Source: Candidatus Latescibacterota bacterium (GTDB lineage: Bacteria > Latescibacterota > UBA2968 > UBA8231). Taken from it: a stretch of DNA of 64,000 nucleotides. A program made the position numbers and the translations under genes. Every line of letters begins with the position of its first letter. Position 1 is the stretch's first letter. The notes under the pieces were generated by a model. The model was not told the DNA's origin and did not search any database. It saw nothing but the letters and a program-made list of their open reading frames with translations. Shown here piece by piece: positions 1-9,351 of the stretch. The stretch is from assembly GCA_965221775.1 (NCBI GenBank), contig CBDCSU010000005.1, forward strand, positions 352,001-416,000. Reading direction: 5' to 3'.

Positions 1-701
1 GCGGACGGGCCGGGCGGATCGGCGCCCGGAGCCTGGCCGTAGTAGTCTGCGGCGTACCAGTCCGCTACCCACTCATTCACGTTGCCGTGCATGTCGTGGA
101 GCCCCCACGGATTGGGACTTCGGGTAGCCACGGCCTGGGCGTGGCGCCTTCCCGCGTCCCAGGTGTTGCCCGTGTGCCAGGCGTAGTCACCGAGGATCGA
201 AGGGTCGTCGCCGAAGGACCAGCGCGTCGTGGTCCCGCCCCGACAGGCGTACTCCCACTCCGCCTCGGTAGGGAGACGGTAGAGATCGGCACCGGCCAGG
301 GCGTTCAGCCGTTCCACGAATCCCTGCACCTCGTCCCAGGAGACATTCACCGCCGGGTATTCCGGCCCCTCCTCCACGAAGTCCAGACCCGCCCAGGGGC
401 GGCTGCCCATGACCGCCTCCCACTGGGCCTGGGTGATCTCCGTGCGCCCCAGATGGAAGGGCCGGGTGATCCTCACCTCCCTGAGGGGGCTCTCGTCGGC
501 GTCCCTCCCCGGCTCGGTAACCGGCGAGCCCCTGAGAAAAACGCCCGAGTCGATCCGCACGAATTCCATCTCCAGGCCCCCGGGCAGCTCCGCCACCAGG
601 GCGGGGCGGCTGCCCCCGCCCGCTGAATCCTCCTCCTGCGCACACCCCAGGCCGAGGGCTCCCGTGGCCAGCACGGCCATCTGCCTTGCCACCGAGGGCA
701 T
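1..701 (-). CDS. Formylglycine-generating enzyme (FGE-sulfatase/SUMF1) domain lipoprotein, 3' end beyond the window edge
   Basis: Not in the ORF track because no stop falls inside the window. Manual translation from ATG 701 gives MPSVARQMAVLATGALGLGC (lipobox-like)...MEFVRIDSGVFLRGS...TEITQAQW...YPAVNVSWDEV...YRLPTEAEWEYACRGG...PNPWGLHDMHGNVNEWVADWY, the hallmark FGE-sulfatase motifs. It starts 3 nt after the upstream stop. Confidence 0.9.
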   Translation of the reverse strand, partial: MPSVARQMAVLATGALGLGCAQEEDSAGGGSRPALVAELPGGLEMEFVRIDSGVFLRGSPVTEPGRDADESPLREVRITRPFHLGRTEITQAQWEAVMGSRPWAGLDFVEEGPEYPAVNVSWDEVQGFVERLNALAGADLYRLPTEAEWEYACRGGTTTRWSFGDDPSILGDYAWHTGNTWDAGRRHAQAVATRSPNPWGLHDMHGNVNEWVADWYAADYYGQAPGADPPGPS

Positions 702-704
702 GGC

Positions 705-1952
705 TCAGAAGGCGGTCTCGGCGCGTGTGTCCATGAACTGGAGGGTGCAGTCCACGGTGACCCGCGCCGACAGCCCCTGCAGGACCTGCGAAACCAGACC
801 CGAAGCCGGCCGGCCGCCGGGCGGGCCCGTTCCGGCCGTGTCCGCCGCAGCTCCCTCTCCCCTCATGGGGCCGCCGGAGGGGCGGAAGCGCCAGGCGCGC
901 ATCCGGGCCGCCATGCACCCACCCACCGCCTCGCTGACCACCGTCGAGGAAATCACCTCCGCCTCGGCGACCGTGCCGGGAGGCAGGATCACGAATCTGA
1001 CCGATACCTCCCCTTCCGAGGCCCTCCCGGCAAGGGACTCGCGGGCAAAGCACTCGTTGAGCTCGTCCAGGCGAGACTTGATGTGGGCCTCGACGGCCGT
1101 CACGTCCCGGGTGATGTCACCCGTCACGTTGCCGACCACTCGAGTGCCGGGACTCAACTCCGCGCGCGACACCTCCCTGGAGACGGACTGACGCTGCTCC
1201 TGGTACTCCGCCACCTCGATCCGACGGTCGAAGTCGAAGCCGATGTCGATCGTCTCCAGCGGTTTGCCGAAGGTGTTGAACTTGAGGACGAAGTCCCTCA
1301 GGTTGAGACGGACGCCCTCGACGTCGGAGTCGAGTGGATCGAAGACGATGAACCCCCCGTACTCCTCGCCCCGGAAGATCCGCTCGCCCACGCCGTAGTT
1401 GTTGGTCCGAACCAGCCCCATGCGCATGTTGAAACGGTAGTACTCGTTGCCGCTGGGTCCCCGGAGACTCCGGTAGTAGGACTCGAAGTTTCTCGTCGAC
1501 GAACCGGCCAGGACCCCGTAGGGCTCCAGGAGCTCTCCCGGCCGGTCGGTGGTCAGGAACGACCGCAGCGGCTGCAGCTCGACCTTGGCGAAGGAGTAGT
1601 TGTGCACGGTGACCCGGAAGACGGTGAAGCGGTTGCGCACGTAGCCGACGGCCGGGTCGATGTAGTCTCCGTAGGTGTACGGATTCGTCGAGTACTCTCC
1701 CTCGCTGGACTCGGCCGGGAAGAGGTCGTTCAACTCCTGGTCGGTCATGTGCTCCACGTCGATCCGCAGGCCCTCCAGCCCGAAGGAGACCGTGCCCCCC
1801 TCTCCGACGGAGAAGCTGTCTCCCTGCTCCCCGCGCGGGGAGAGGGAGGAGGTCCGCTGGTAGATCGGCGGGTAGATGACGCTGCAACCGAGAAGCGCGG
1901 GGATGAGGAGGGCCAGCAGTGGCGCCGGGAGGCCTCGCCAGAGGTTTCTCAT
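705..1952 (-). CDS. Lipoprotein with C-terminal TonB-C-like (AgmX/PglI C-terminal) domain
   Basis: Signal peptide with lipobox LLGC. The C-terminal segment (IKSRLDELNECFARE...GEVSVRFVILPPGTVAEAEVISST...VGGCMAARMRAWRF) fits the AgmX/PglI/TonB-C pattern with its Cys pair. The N-terminal domain was not recognised. Confidence 0.75.
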   Translation of the reverse strand: MRNLWRGLPAPLLALLIPALLGCSVIYPPIYQRTSSLSPRGEQGDSFSVGEGGTVSFGLEGLRIDVEHMTDQELNDLFPAESSEGEYSTNPYTYGDYIDPAVGYVRNRFTVFRVTVHNYSFAKVELQPLRSFLTTDRPGELLEPYGVLAGSSTRNFESYYRSLRGPSGNEYYRFNMRMGLVRTNNYGVGERIFRGEEYGGFIVFDPLDSDVEGVRLNLRDFVLKFNTFGKPLETIDIGFDFDRRIEVAEYQEQRQSVSREVSRAELSPGTRVVGNVTGDITRDVTAVEAHIKSRLDELNECFARESLAGRASEGEVSVRFVILPPGTVAEAEVISSTVVSEAVGGCMAARMRAWRFRPSGGPMRGEGAAADTAGTGPPGGRPASGLVSQVLQGLSARVTVDCTLQFMDTRAETAF

Positions 1953-1989
1953 GGTCGTTGAAGCACCCCTCTTCGAGAAGGCCGGGTCA

Positions 1990-3216
1990 TCAGCGGCCGG
2001 CCTGGTTGTAGAAGTCGATCTGCTGCTGGGCGATGGAGCCCTTCTGGGTGAGGGCGAAGACCACGAGGTTCACTCCGAGCTTGAGCTGGGGCTCGTTCTC
2101 CGTCTCCCGTTCCCAGATCGCTCCGTAGCCCTTGTCCGAGTAGACGGCCACCAGCCGGTCACGGAGGTAGATGCCCTCCAGCCAGTAGGAAGGCCGGCGG
2201 GTAGCGGCGTACTGGTTGGAGGCGTTGATCACCTCCCCGCCCAGCGGCGGGCCGCCGTCGAAATCGAAGAAGACGTGGTAGATGGGGTTGTCGTCCCGCA
2301 GCGGCACGAAGCGCGCGTCCCGCCCCAGGGCCTGCTTGAACATCGCCTTCATCGAGGCCTCGGCCGGGCCGTACTCCAGACGCGGAGCGTCGTTGTCCGC
2401 CAGCACGAAGCCGCCGTTGCGCAGGTACTTCCCCAGGTTGGCCGCCTCGTGCTTGGTCAGCTCGAAGGCCGACCGGGTGGTGATGTAGACGAAGGGGGCC
2501 TTGAAGAGGGCCTGGGAGTCGAGGTACATCTGCTCGTCCACCTTGGCCTCGATCCGGGTCCAGTTGTTGATCCAGCGGGCCAGCTGGAGCAGCGCCCGGG
2601 GCCGGGACGGCTCGAGGATCGTCCCCCAGGCGCGGGCCAGGTAGACGAAGCCGGTGACGTTGGTCTTGTCCGTGGGATCCTGGATCACCATTCCCTTGTA
2701 CCGGCCGGTGTTGATGGCCGACAGGTCCAGGAACTCCGCCTGCATGTCGATCCGTCTCTCGGGCTCCTTCATGCTGGCGATGCTGACCGCCTCGAAGCGG
2801 GGCATGGCCACCACGGCGTCGCCCAGGCCGGTGCCCGCGGCAACGGTGAACTCCGCGCTTCCCCCGGTCCGGCTCCACATGCGCGTGCCCACGGGCATGC
2901 CCGCCCTCGCCATGCGCCGTCCGCTCACCGTGGTGGTGGTGCGGTCGCCGCTCGAGCGGACCACGGGGGTGCCTTCGGGGACGGCCTCCTTCCGGAAGGC
3001 GAACTCGCGGGTCAGCTGCGGCTCGGGAAGGAAGAAGGGGGTCTTCTCCTCGTCCCACTCGATGCGGGCCACCACCTCCTCCTCTTCCTCCTCCCGCGGC
3101 ACCAGGTAGAGGAAGAGCACCAGGGCGTGAAGCGCCGCCGAGGCCGCCAGGCCGGCATGGAAGAGGCGGCGATGGCGGGACAGGACCCGCAGGGACCCGC
3201 TCTGTCGAGGACTCAC
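1990..3216 (-). CDS. DUF4159 domain protein with N-terminal TonB-like membrane anchor
   Basis: TM helix with SAALHALVLFLY followed by an acidic linker. C-terminal DUF4159 motifs: PFVYIT, LGKYLRNGGFVLADN, PIYHVFFDF, LEGIYLRDRLVAVYSDKGYG, LKLGVNLVVFALT. GTGA overlap with the TPR gene stop. Confidence 0.85.
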   Translation of the reverse strand: MSPRQSGSLRVLSRHRRLFHAGLAASAALHALVLFLYLVPREEEEEEVVARIEWDEEKTPFFLPEPQLTREFAFRKEAVPEGTPVVRSSGDRTTTTVSGRRMARAGMPVGTRMWSRTGGSAEFTVAAGTGLGDAVVAMPRFEAVSIASMKEPERRIDMQAEFLDLSAINTGRYKGMVIQDPTDKTNVTGFVYLARAWGTILEPSRPRALLQLARWINNWTRIEAKVDEQMYLDSQALFKAPFVYITTRSAFELTKHEAANLGKYLRNGGFVLADNDAPRLEYGPAEASMKAMFKQALGRDARFVPLRDDNPIYHVFFDFDGGPPLGGEVINASNQYAATRRPSYWLEGIYLRDRLVAVYSDKGYGAIWERETENEPQLKLGVNLVVFALTQKGSIAQQQIDFYNQAGR

Positions 3217-6200
3217 AGGTGCTTCCTCTCGATGGTGTGGCGCCGCCGTTCGCAGAACTCCATCATCCGCGGCGTCACGCGGTCATTGCCCTGCTCTCCC
3301 TGGGTGATGACGTCGCTGAAGGCATCCACGGCCTTCTGCCATTCCCCGAGCTGCTGAAAGCACACCCCCACGTTCATCTTGGCCGCCAGGCCGCTCGAGG
3401 TCATCGGGTACTGCCGCCACACGGCTTCGAGGGGGCCGATGACCTGGCGGACCAGGTCGCGGTCGTCTTCCGCGAGGGCCCGGTTGAAGGCCTCCATGGC
3501 GCCGTTGTACTCCCGGAAGGCGACCGCCTCCTGCACCTCCTGCAGCACCCCTTCGGCGGCGCGGGCGGCCTCGGATTCCGGGAAGTCGGCCCGGAGCCCC
3601 TGGAACAACTCGTAGGCCCGGCCGTAGTCGCCGGCGTTGTAGCTCATCTCGGCCAAGGTGTACCTGGCCGTGGCGAGGTGGCGCCCCGCCGGGTAGCGGG
3701 TCAGGTACTCCTCCATGGCCTGCCGCACCGCGGCCCGGTGCTCTGCCGAAGGTTCCGCCGGCGCCTCGTTGAGCAGACACCAGGCGATGTTGTAGAGCGC
3801 CTCCTCGGCCAGCCCGGTCTCCGGGAAGCGCCGGATCACCTGGCGGTAGGTCTGCCGCGCTTCCCCGTAGGCCCCCGAGTTGTAGCGGCTCTCGGCCAGG
3901 CGGAAGAGGGCATCGGCGGCCACATCCAGATCCGGGTACTGGTCGACGACGCCCGCGAAGTAGGGGATGGCCCTGCTGAAGCGGGCCTCGTTGAAGTGCG
4001 CATAGCCGAGGTAGTACCGGGCATACCCGGCATTCGGATGTCCGGGGTCCTCGGCCAGCATCCGGATGAAGCTGGCCGCGGCCAGGTCGGCACGGTCGGT
4101 CTGGAGCGCTGCCAGACCCCGCAGGAACAGGAGGTCGGCGGCGTAGAAGCCCCCCGGGAAGGCGCGCAGACCCGCGTCGGCCCGGTCGAAGGCGCGCTCG
4201 AACTCCTCGATCCGCACCGCCGACTCGGCCTGCAGGAACCAGGCCTTCTCGCGCAGGTGGTACGGCCGCTCTTCCGGGAGGGGCCCCTCCTTCAGATCCA
4301 GGCCGATGATCTCCTCGCAGGCGGCGGAGGCCTCGGCGTAGCGGCCCTGACGGTTGGCGATCTCCGCCTCCGCCAGCAGGTGCTCCGCGCGCTCCAGGGG
4401 ACCGGCCGCCGCGAGCGCCATCCGCCGGTAGATCTCCTGGGCCCGGTCGTACTCTCCGAGGTTGGCCCAGGCCGCCGCCAGGAGGCGCCGGGCCGCGGAG
4501 GACAGCTCCGGGTCGGTCCACTCCCGGTTCAGATCCTCCAGGGCCTCGGAGTACCGCTCCATGCGGAACAACAGCGAACCGCGGCTGTACGCAGCCCGCT
4601 CCCGCAGGTCGGGATCGCCCAGGCCGATGACCGCGGCGAAGTGCGCCAGGGCGGTTTCCTGCTCTCCCAGCTGCATTGAGGCGGAGGCGAGCAGGTAGTG
4701 GAGAGCCTGACTCTCGGGCCGGTCCTTCGCCTCCAGGCCTTGCTGCAGCACCGCCACCGCCTGGCGGTGCTCTCCCTCCTGCACCAGGAGCTGCCCGGCC
4801 TCCAGGCGCGACCGGGCGAAGAGCTCCGCTTCCCTCCGCACGGCCAGCAGCTCCGCCAGGGCCCGCTCCTGGTTCCCCGCGTCCCTCTCGACGATCCCCA
4901 ACTCGAAGCGGGCCACATCCTCTTCGGGCTTGTCCTCCAGCTCGGCGATCACCGTGCGGTAGGTCTCCGCCGCCAGGGCGTGGTCGCCGCGGCCATGGTG
5001 GATCCGGGCGATCTGGAAGAGGGCGCTCTGGCGGTACCCTTCCGCGTTGGGGGCCTCGGCCACGCTTCCCAGGAAGACCAGGGCTTCGCCCACCTTGTCC
5101 TGCTGGTCCTGCAGCTGAATGGCCAATCCCAGGTTGAACCGCAACTCCACGTCGTAGGGGGATCCCGGGTACGCCGCCAGGGTGGCGCGCAACTCGCTCT
5201 CGGCGCGGCGATAGTAGTCCAGGCGCTCCTCTTCGGGTTGCCTGTCCGCCACGCGGAACCAGGCCCGGGCGACCTGCAGGGCCACGCCCTCGACGGCGAG
5301 GCCGGCCCGCGCGGCGGCGGCCTCGTAGTTCGTCCGGTAGACCTCGTACTCACGCACCGCCTCCTCGTAGTGCCCGGTCTCGAAGTAGCGGTTGGCCAGC
5401 AGGAGCTGCATGCGCGCCTTCTGCACGACATCGCCCGTCGCCTCGATGGCCTGGTGGTAGACGGCGACGACGGCGGCGAAGTCCCCCCGCCGGTAGTGCA
5501 TGTCCGCCTGGCGCAGGTACGCCTCTTCGGCGAGCCGCTGCTCCTCGGCAAAGCGTGAGGCCACCAGCTGGAAGGACTCCTCGGCCTGGGCGTACTGCCC
5601 CGTCTTCTCGTGGCACTCGCCGATGCGGATGAGGGCCTTGGCCGCCAGGTCGAGAGCGGTCTCGTCGACGAGGCCGGCGATCTTCTGCCGCTTCATCCGC
5701 AGGATCTCGCGTTCGGACATCTCCTCGATGCGCTGGGAATCGACCAGCCGCTGGTAGAAGGGGATGGCCTCCCGGTAGTTCTCCAGGGCGAAGTGGCCCT
5801 CGCCGATCTGGAACAGGGCCCGGCTGCCGCGGTAGCCGCCGGGAAAGCGCTCAACGAGGCGCTCGAAGGCGGCTATGCTGTTGGCATAGTCCTCCATGTC
5901 ATAGTGGGCCCACCCGACATCGTACATCGCCTGTTCGACATAGGCGCTCGACGGATAGCGCTCGATGAGGAGGCCCGCCCCCTCGATGGTGCGCTCGTAA
6001 TCCTGAATGGCGTACCAGCAGGCCACGGCGCGGCTGCGGGCCAGGGCCTTCAGCGCCGGGACGGTGGACAGCTCCTCGGTCTCCACGAAGGCGTCGGCCG
6101 CCTCTCCGAAGAGGGACCTGGCGCGGTCCTGGTACCGGGAACGCCTTGCCGGGTCGCGGCTCCTGGCGGCGCTGGCGAGGGCCTCCTCGGCGGACTTGAA

Positions 6201-6527
6201 GTGCGCATTCCCGACCTGGTACCGGGCCACCTCCTGCAGCGGCGCCGTGATCTGGCCGACGGTCACCTCCACGTCCCGCATCTGCAGGAAACGGCTCTGG
6301 CTCCGGATGATGCGCCGATAGCCCTCGATCGCCTGGTCGTAGGCTCCCGAGGCGTAGAACTTCTGCGCGTCGGCGAAGGTCGCCTGCATCTCCGGGGCCG
6401 TGGGCACCGACCGGGTGACGGCGATCATCGCCGTCAGGCCTACCAGGGTGATCAACGCGACCATGGTCCGTTCCCTCCGACCGGGCGCGGTCGGTACGCG
6501 CCCCGCCTCGGCTTCCTCCGTCGACAC
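3213..6527 (-). CDS. Large tetratricopeptide repeat protein (BamD/CpoB-like TPR units), membrane-anchored or secreted
   Basis: Many TPR pairs ending in 'ERYPSS', 'ERFPGG', 'DQYPDL', 'RRFPET' followed by 'A(L/M)(Y/F)'. N-terminal hydrophobic segment. The start may be ATG 6464. Confidence 0.9.
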   Translation of the reverse strand: MSTEEAEAGRVPTAPGRRERTMVALITLVGLTAMIAVTRSVPTAPEMQATFADAQKFYASGAYDQAIEGYRRIIRSQSRFLQMRDVEVTVGQITAPLQEVARYQVGNAHFKSAEEALASAARSRDPARRSRYQDRARSLFGEAADAFVETEELSTVPALKALARSRAVACWYAIQDYERTIEGAGLLIERYPSSAYVEQAMYDVGWAHYDMEDYANSIAAFERLVERFPGGYRGSRALFQIGEGHFALENYREAIPFYQRLVDSQRIEEMSEREILRMKRQKIAGLVDETALDLAAKALIRIGECHEKTGQYAQAEESFQLVASRFAEEQRLAEEAYLRQADMHYRRGDFAAVVAVYHQAIEATGDVVQKARMQLLLANRYFETGHYEEAVREYEVYRTNYEAAAARAGLAVEGVALQVARAWFRVADRQPEEERLDYYRRAESELRATLAAYPGSPYDVELRFNLGLAIQLQDQQDKVGEALVFLGSVAEAPNAEGYRQSALFQIARIHHGRGDHALAAETYRTVIAELEDKPEEDVARFELGIVERDAGNQERALAELLAVRREAELFARSRLEAGQLLVQEGEHRQAVAVLQQGLEAKDRPESQALHYLLASASMQLGEQETALAHFAAVIGLGDPDLRERAAYSRGSLLFRMERYSEALEDLNREWTDPELSSAARRLLAAAWANLGEYDRAQEIYRRMALAAAGPLERAEHLLAEAEIANRQGRYAEASAACEEIIGLDLKEGPLPEERPYHLREKAWFLQAESAVRIEEFERAFDRADAGLRAFPGGFYAADLLFLRGLAALQTDRADLAAASFIRMLAEDPGHPNAGYARYYLGYAHFNEARFSRAIPYFAGVVDQYPDLDVAADALFRLAESRYNSGAYGEARQTYRQVIRRFPETGLAEEALYNIAWCLLNEAPAEPSAEHRAAVRQAMEEYLTRYPAGRHLATARYTLAEMSYNAGDYGRAYELFQGLRADFPESEAARAAEGVLQEVQEAVAFREYNGAMEAFNRALAEDDRDLVRQVIGPLEAVWRQYPMTSSGLAAKMNVGVCFQQLGEWQKAVDAFSDVITQGEQGNDRVTPRMMEFCERRRHTIERKHL

Positions 6528-6540
6528 TGGAAGGCAGATC

Positions 6541-9351
6541 TCATTCGTCGAATCCCAGGATGACCCGCAGGAAGGCGGAGGCGATGTCGAGATCCTCCCT
6601 CTGCCGGGCGGAATCGCCGTACTCGCGCCGGGTCCACTTCACCCCCAGGTTGGTGGCGATGTTGTACCCGAAGTAGGGAGACCGGTTCGTCAGCTGCACC
6701 ACCCGAACGACCTCCTCGTAGCTGTCGCGGCCATCGGCCAGGTCCTCCTTGCGCAGGGGCAGGCCCGGCAGCCCCTGGGTGCCGAGCCACAGGTGGGTGC
6801 GCGGCGTGATGTGGTAGGTGGCCTTGAGGATCGGTATGAAGGTCCACTCGTTGGCCAGGTCCACGATCAGGCTCTCCCGGGTCCTTCGCAGCACCAGTCC
6901 CTTGGCCTGGGCGATCACCTGCCAGCGGTCCGCCAGCTCCCTCACGTACTCGGCCCGGGCCACCATCGTCAGCCGGGTGATCGTGTCGGCCGCCTGGTCA
7001 CTGCCGTCGGAGAGGGTTGCCTCCTGCTGCTCGTTGACCGCATAGCGCAGGTTGCCGCCGAGACGCAGACCGCGGCCGGCCTTGAGGTCGGCCTCGACGT
7101 AGTGCTGCCGGTCCAGGCTGTCGCGGTACTCCAGCTGATCCGTCAGCCGGGTGGGGGCGTAGGTGGGCCAGAACTCGTGCCCGCCCAGAACCTCACCGTA
7201 GGTGATGTAGTTGTCCATGATGTCGTCATGGACCCGCTGGAGGCGGGTTTCGGCCCAGGCCGAGCCCCACCGGGGGCTGTGGCGGCGAAGGGTCACCACG
7301 CCGTAGGTGCTCTCGTTGCGGGCGCCGCTGGCGATCCCCGCCGCCCGCAGCCGGCCCGCCGTGAGGCGAAACCCGCCGGGCAGATGGAGCGACCCGAAGA
7401 GGTGGTGCCCGCTCTGGTCCAGCTCGTAGGGGTAGTCCGAGTCCAGGTCGTCCTCGCGGTGGTCCGGGATGCCGTTGTTGTTGGCGTCCCGTCCATAGGC
7501 ATACTCCTCCGGCTCCACGTCGTACAGCAGGAACGCCTCCAGGTAGTCGGGCACCTGGTTGCCGTTGCGGTTGGTGTCTGGAATCCGGTCGTTGTCCCGG
7601 TCGTTGCCCGGGAACACCCCGTCCGGGTCGTAGGGGATCGTCGTGTAGTGAGGACTCGGCCGGTGGCCGTGGCCGATGTCGGGGTAGCGGTCGTCGTCGT
7701 CGTTGTCCTGCACGAAGCCGCTGTCGTACTCCTCGGCGATGGAGAACAGCTCCCCCCCCACCTCCACCCGGCCCCGGCGCCACCGTCCGTTCACGTAGTA
7801 CGCGCCGGCGTCGGTGCTGCTGCGCGCCCCGTTCCAGCGGCGGATGCCCCTCACCTCCCGGTCCTCGCGGTACCCCGGCCGGCCGTCGGGAAACTCCCGG
7901 AACTCCACGTTGCGGGCGTATTCCCAGCGCACCTCGGCGTCGCCCCACTCCCAGGCCCCGTTGAGACCCCACAGGGCCCGGCCCGTCCACTCCCCCAGGT
8001 CCAGGCGCACCCACTCCAGGTTCGACATGTCCTGCACGTTGCCCGGGGAGCGGAGGACGGCGGTCACCCCCGGCGTCTCCTTCCTCTCGAGGTATCCGCT
8101 CGTGGAGACCAGGGTATTGCCGCCCACGCGGTAGTGGAACTCGTAGTTCTCCACCGCCGGGGCCGAGACGTAGAGGGGCAGCACCTCGACGCGGTAGTCG
8201 TTGCCCACCAGCGCCTCCACCTGCACCTGGCGGATGAACGGCTCCTGGCTCACGTCGAAGAAGGCGATGATCTGCTCGTGGCCGTCGGCCCGCAGTCCGG
8301 GCACGTCCGGCAGGGCCTCCACCCAGCGCAGCAGCTCCTCCAGGTTGACCTTGTCCGACACGTCCTCCCCCCGCAGGTGGTCGCGCAGGTAGAGGACGTC
8401 CGCGAAGCGCGTGCCCTGATCCAGGTAGACCGCCCGCCGGAACTGGCCGGAGAGTCTGTTCGTCGTGCCCACCGCGGTGGGATTCTGGCCGTTGATGCGA
8501 GCCAGGAAGGGCCGCAGGTCCGGGCGCTCCTCGCCGTTGACCTTCAGACGCACCTCCGCGACCACGGCGCCGGCCTGCAGGTCCTCCGGCGAATCGTCGG
8601 AGAGCCGCACCAGGTAGCCCACCGGCAGCACCTGCTCGGCCTGCAGCCCGCCGCGCAGCACGAAGCTCTCCTGCTCGGCGTCGAAGATGTGGAAGTTCAC
8701 CCCCGTCGCCCCCAGGGTCAGCGCCCCCAGCTCGACATCGCCGTGGGCCCCCAGAAGCATCGCCGAACTCCGGATCTCCTCGGCGGAGTCCCAGTGGTGC
8801 CAGGTGGGACCGCCGCCGTAGCGGCTGTCGGCGAAAGGCCCGGTGTACCGCTGCCCGATGACGGCCACACGGGTATTGCCCACCTGGCTGTCGAGGCGGA
8901 TGCCGTCGTAGCCCGGCAGGGCCAGGGTCAGCGGCGTGAACAGCGTGCGGATCTCCTCCCCGTAGATCAGGCTCGCCGCCCACCGCGCGTGCGACTCCCG
9001 CGCCACCAGGTTGCGCTCGAAACGCCGGAAACGGGGGAGGGTGCGGAAGGACTTGGGCAAGGCCGACGTCGTCGACGACCGGGTCTCCCGCCACTCGTAC
9101 ACGTCGTAGCCCTGAATCAGGAAGTTGCCCAGGGGGCCGTAGTAGTTGCGCCGCGAGAACCGGGTGAACTCCGGCAGCGTGTAGTCCTCGAAACCGTAGT
9201 TGAGGTAGGAGGGATCCGACCGGTAGAGGAAGGAACGGCCGGAGACGTCCTGGGCGAACCCCAGATGCGGGTCCTCCGCCCCCACCCGACCCGGCCCCCC
9301 CCAGGCGGGCATGAAGACCAGAGTCCAGACCGCGAGCCTCATCCGTCTCAT
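6541..9351 (-). CDS. Uncharacterised large secreted, probable outer-membrane beta-barrel protein, paralog A
   Basis: Signal peptide, amphipathic beta-strand-like C-terminal half ending AFLRVILGFDE, central Asp-rich block DNDDDDRYPD...DGVFPGNDRDNDRIPD...DANNNGIPD. ATGA overlap with the paralog B stop. Confidence 0.8.
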   Translation of the reverse strand: MRRMRLAVWTLVFMPAWGGPGRVGAEDPHLGFAQDVSGRSFLYRSDPSYLNYGFEDYTLPEFTRFSRRNYYGPLGNFLIQGYDVYEWRETRSSTTSALPKSFRTLPRFRRFERNLVARESHARWAASLIYGEEIRTLFTPLTLALPGYDGIRLDSQVGNTRVAVIGQRYTGPFADSRYGGGPTWHHWDSAEEIRSSAMLLGAHGDVELGALTLGATGVNFHIFDAEQESFVLRGGLQAEQVLPVGYLVRLSDDSPEDLQAGAVVAEVRLKVNGEERPDLRPFLARINGQNPTAVGTTNRLSGQFRRAVYLDQGTRFADVLYLRDHLRGEDVSDKVNLEELLRWVEALPDVPGLRADGHEQIIAFFDVSQEPFIRQVQVEALVGNDYRVEVLPLYVSAPAVENYEFHYRVGGNTLVSTSGYLERKETPGVTAVLRSPGNVQDMSNLEWVRLDLGEWTGRALWGLNGAWEWGDAEVRWEYARNVEFREFPDGRPGYREDREVRGIRRWNGARSSTDAGAYYVNGRWRRGRVEVGGELFSIAEEYDSGFVQDNDDDDRYPDIGHGHRPSPHYTTIPYDPDGVFPGNDRDNDRIPDTNRNGNQVPDYLEAFLLYDVEPEEYAYGRDANNNGIPDHREDDLDSDYPYELDQSGHHLFGSLHLPGGFRLTAGRLRAAGIASGARNESTYGVVTLRRHSPRWGSAWAETRLQRVHDDIMDNYITYGEVLGGHEFWPTYAPTRLTDQLEYRDSLDRQHYVEADLKAGRGLRLGGNLRYAVNEQQEATLSDGSDQAADTITRLTMVARAEYVRELADRWQVIAQAKGLVLRRTRESLIVDLANEWTFIPILKATYHITPRTHLWLGTQGLPGLPLRKEDLADGRDSYEEVVRVVQLTNRSPYFGYNIATNLGVKWTRREYGDSARQREDLDIASAFLRVILGFDE
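6548..9252 (-). repeat. Left arm of a ~2.7-kb inverted repeat (mature coding region of paralog A)
   Basis: The reverse complement matches 19913..22620. In the blocks I aligned by hand, 9111-9250 differs from the right arm at two synonymous sites and 8581-8700 is identical. Confidence 0.95.

Noticed and set aside
1-701. Calling the FGE lipoprotein gldK/porK or a true formylglycine-generating enzyme
   Set aside because: The C-terminus is outside the window, no GldK-specific insertions were seen, and there is no adjacent gldLMN. Only the fold can be supported.
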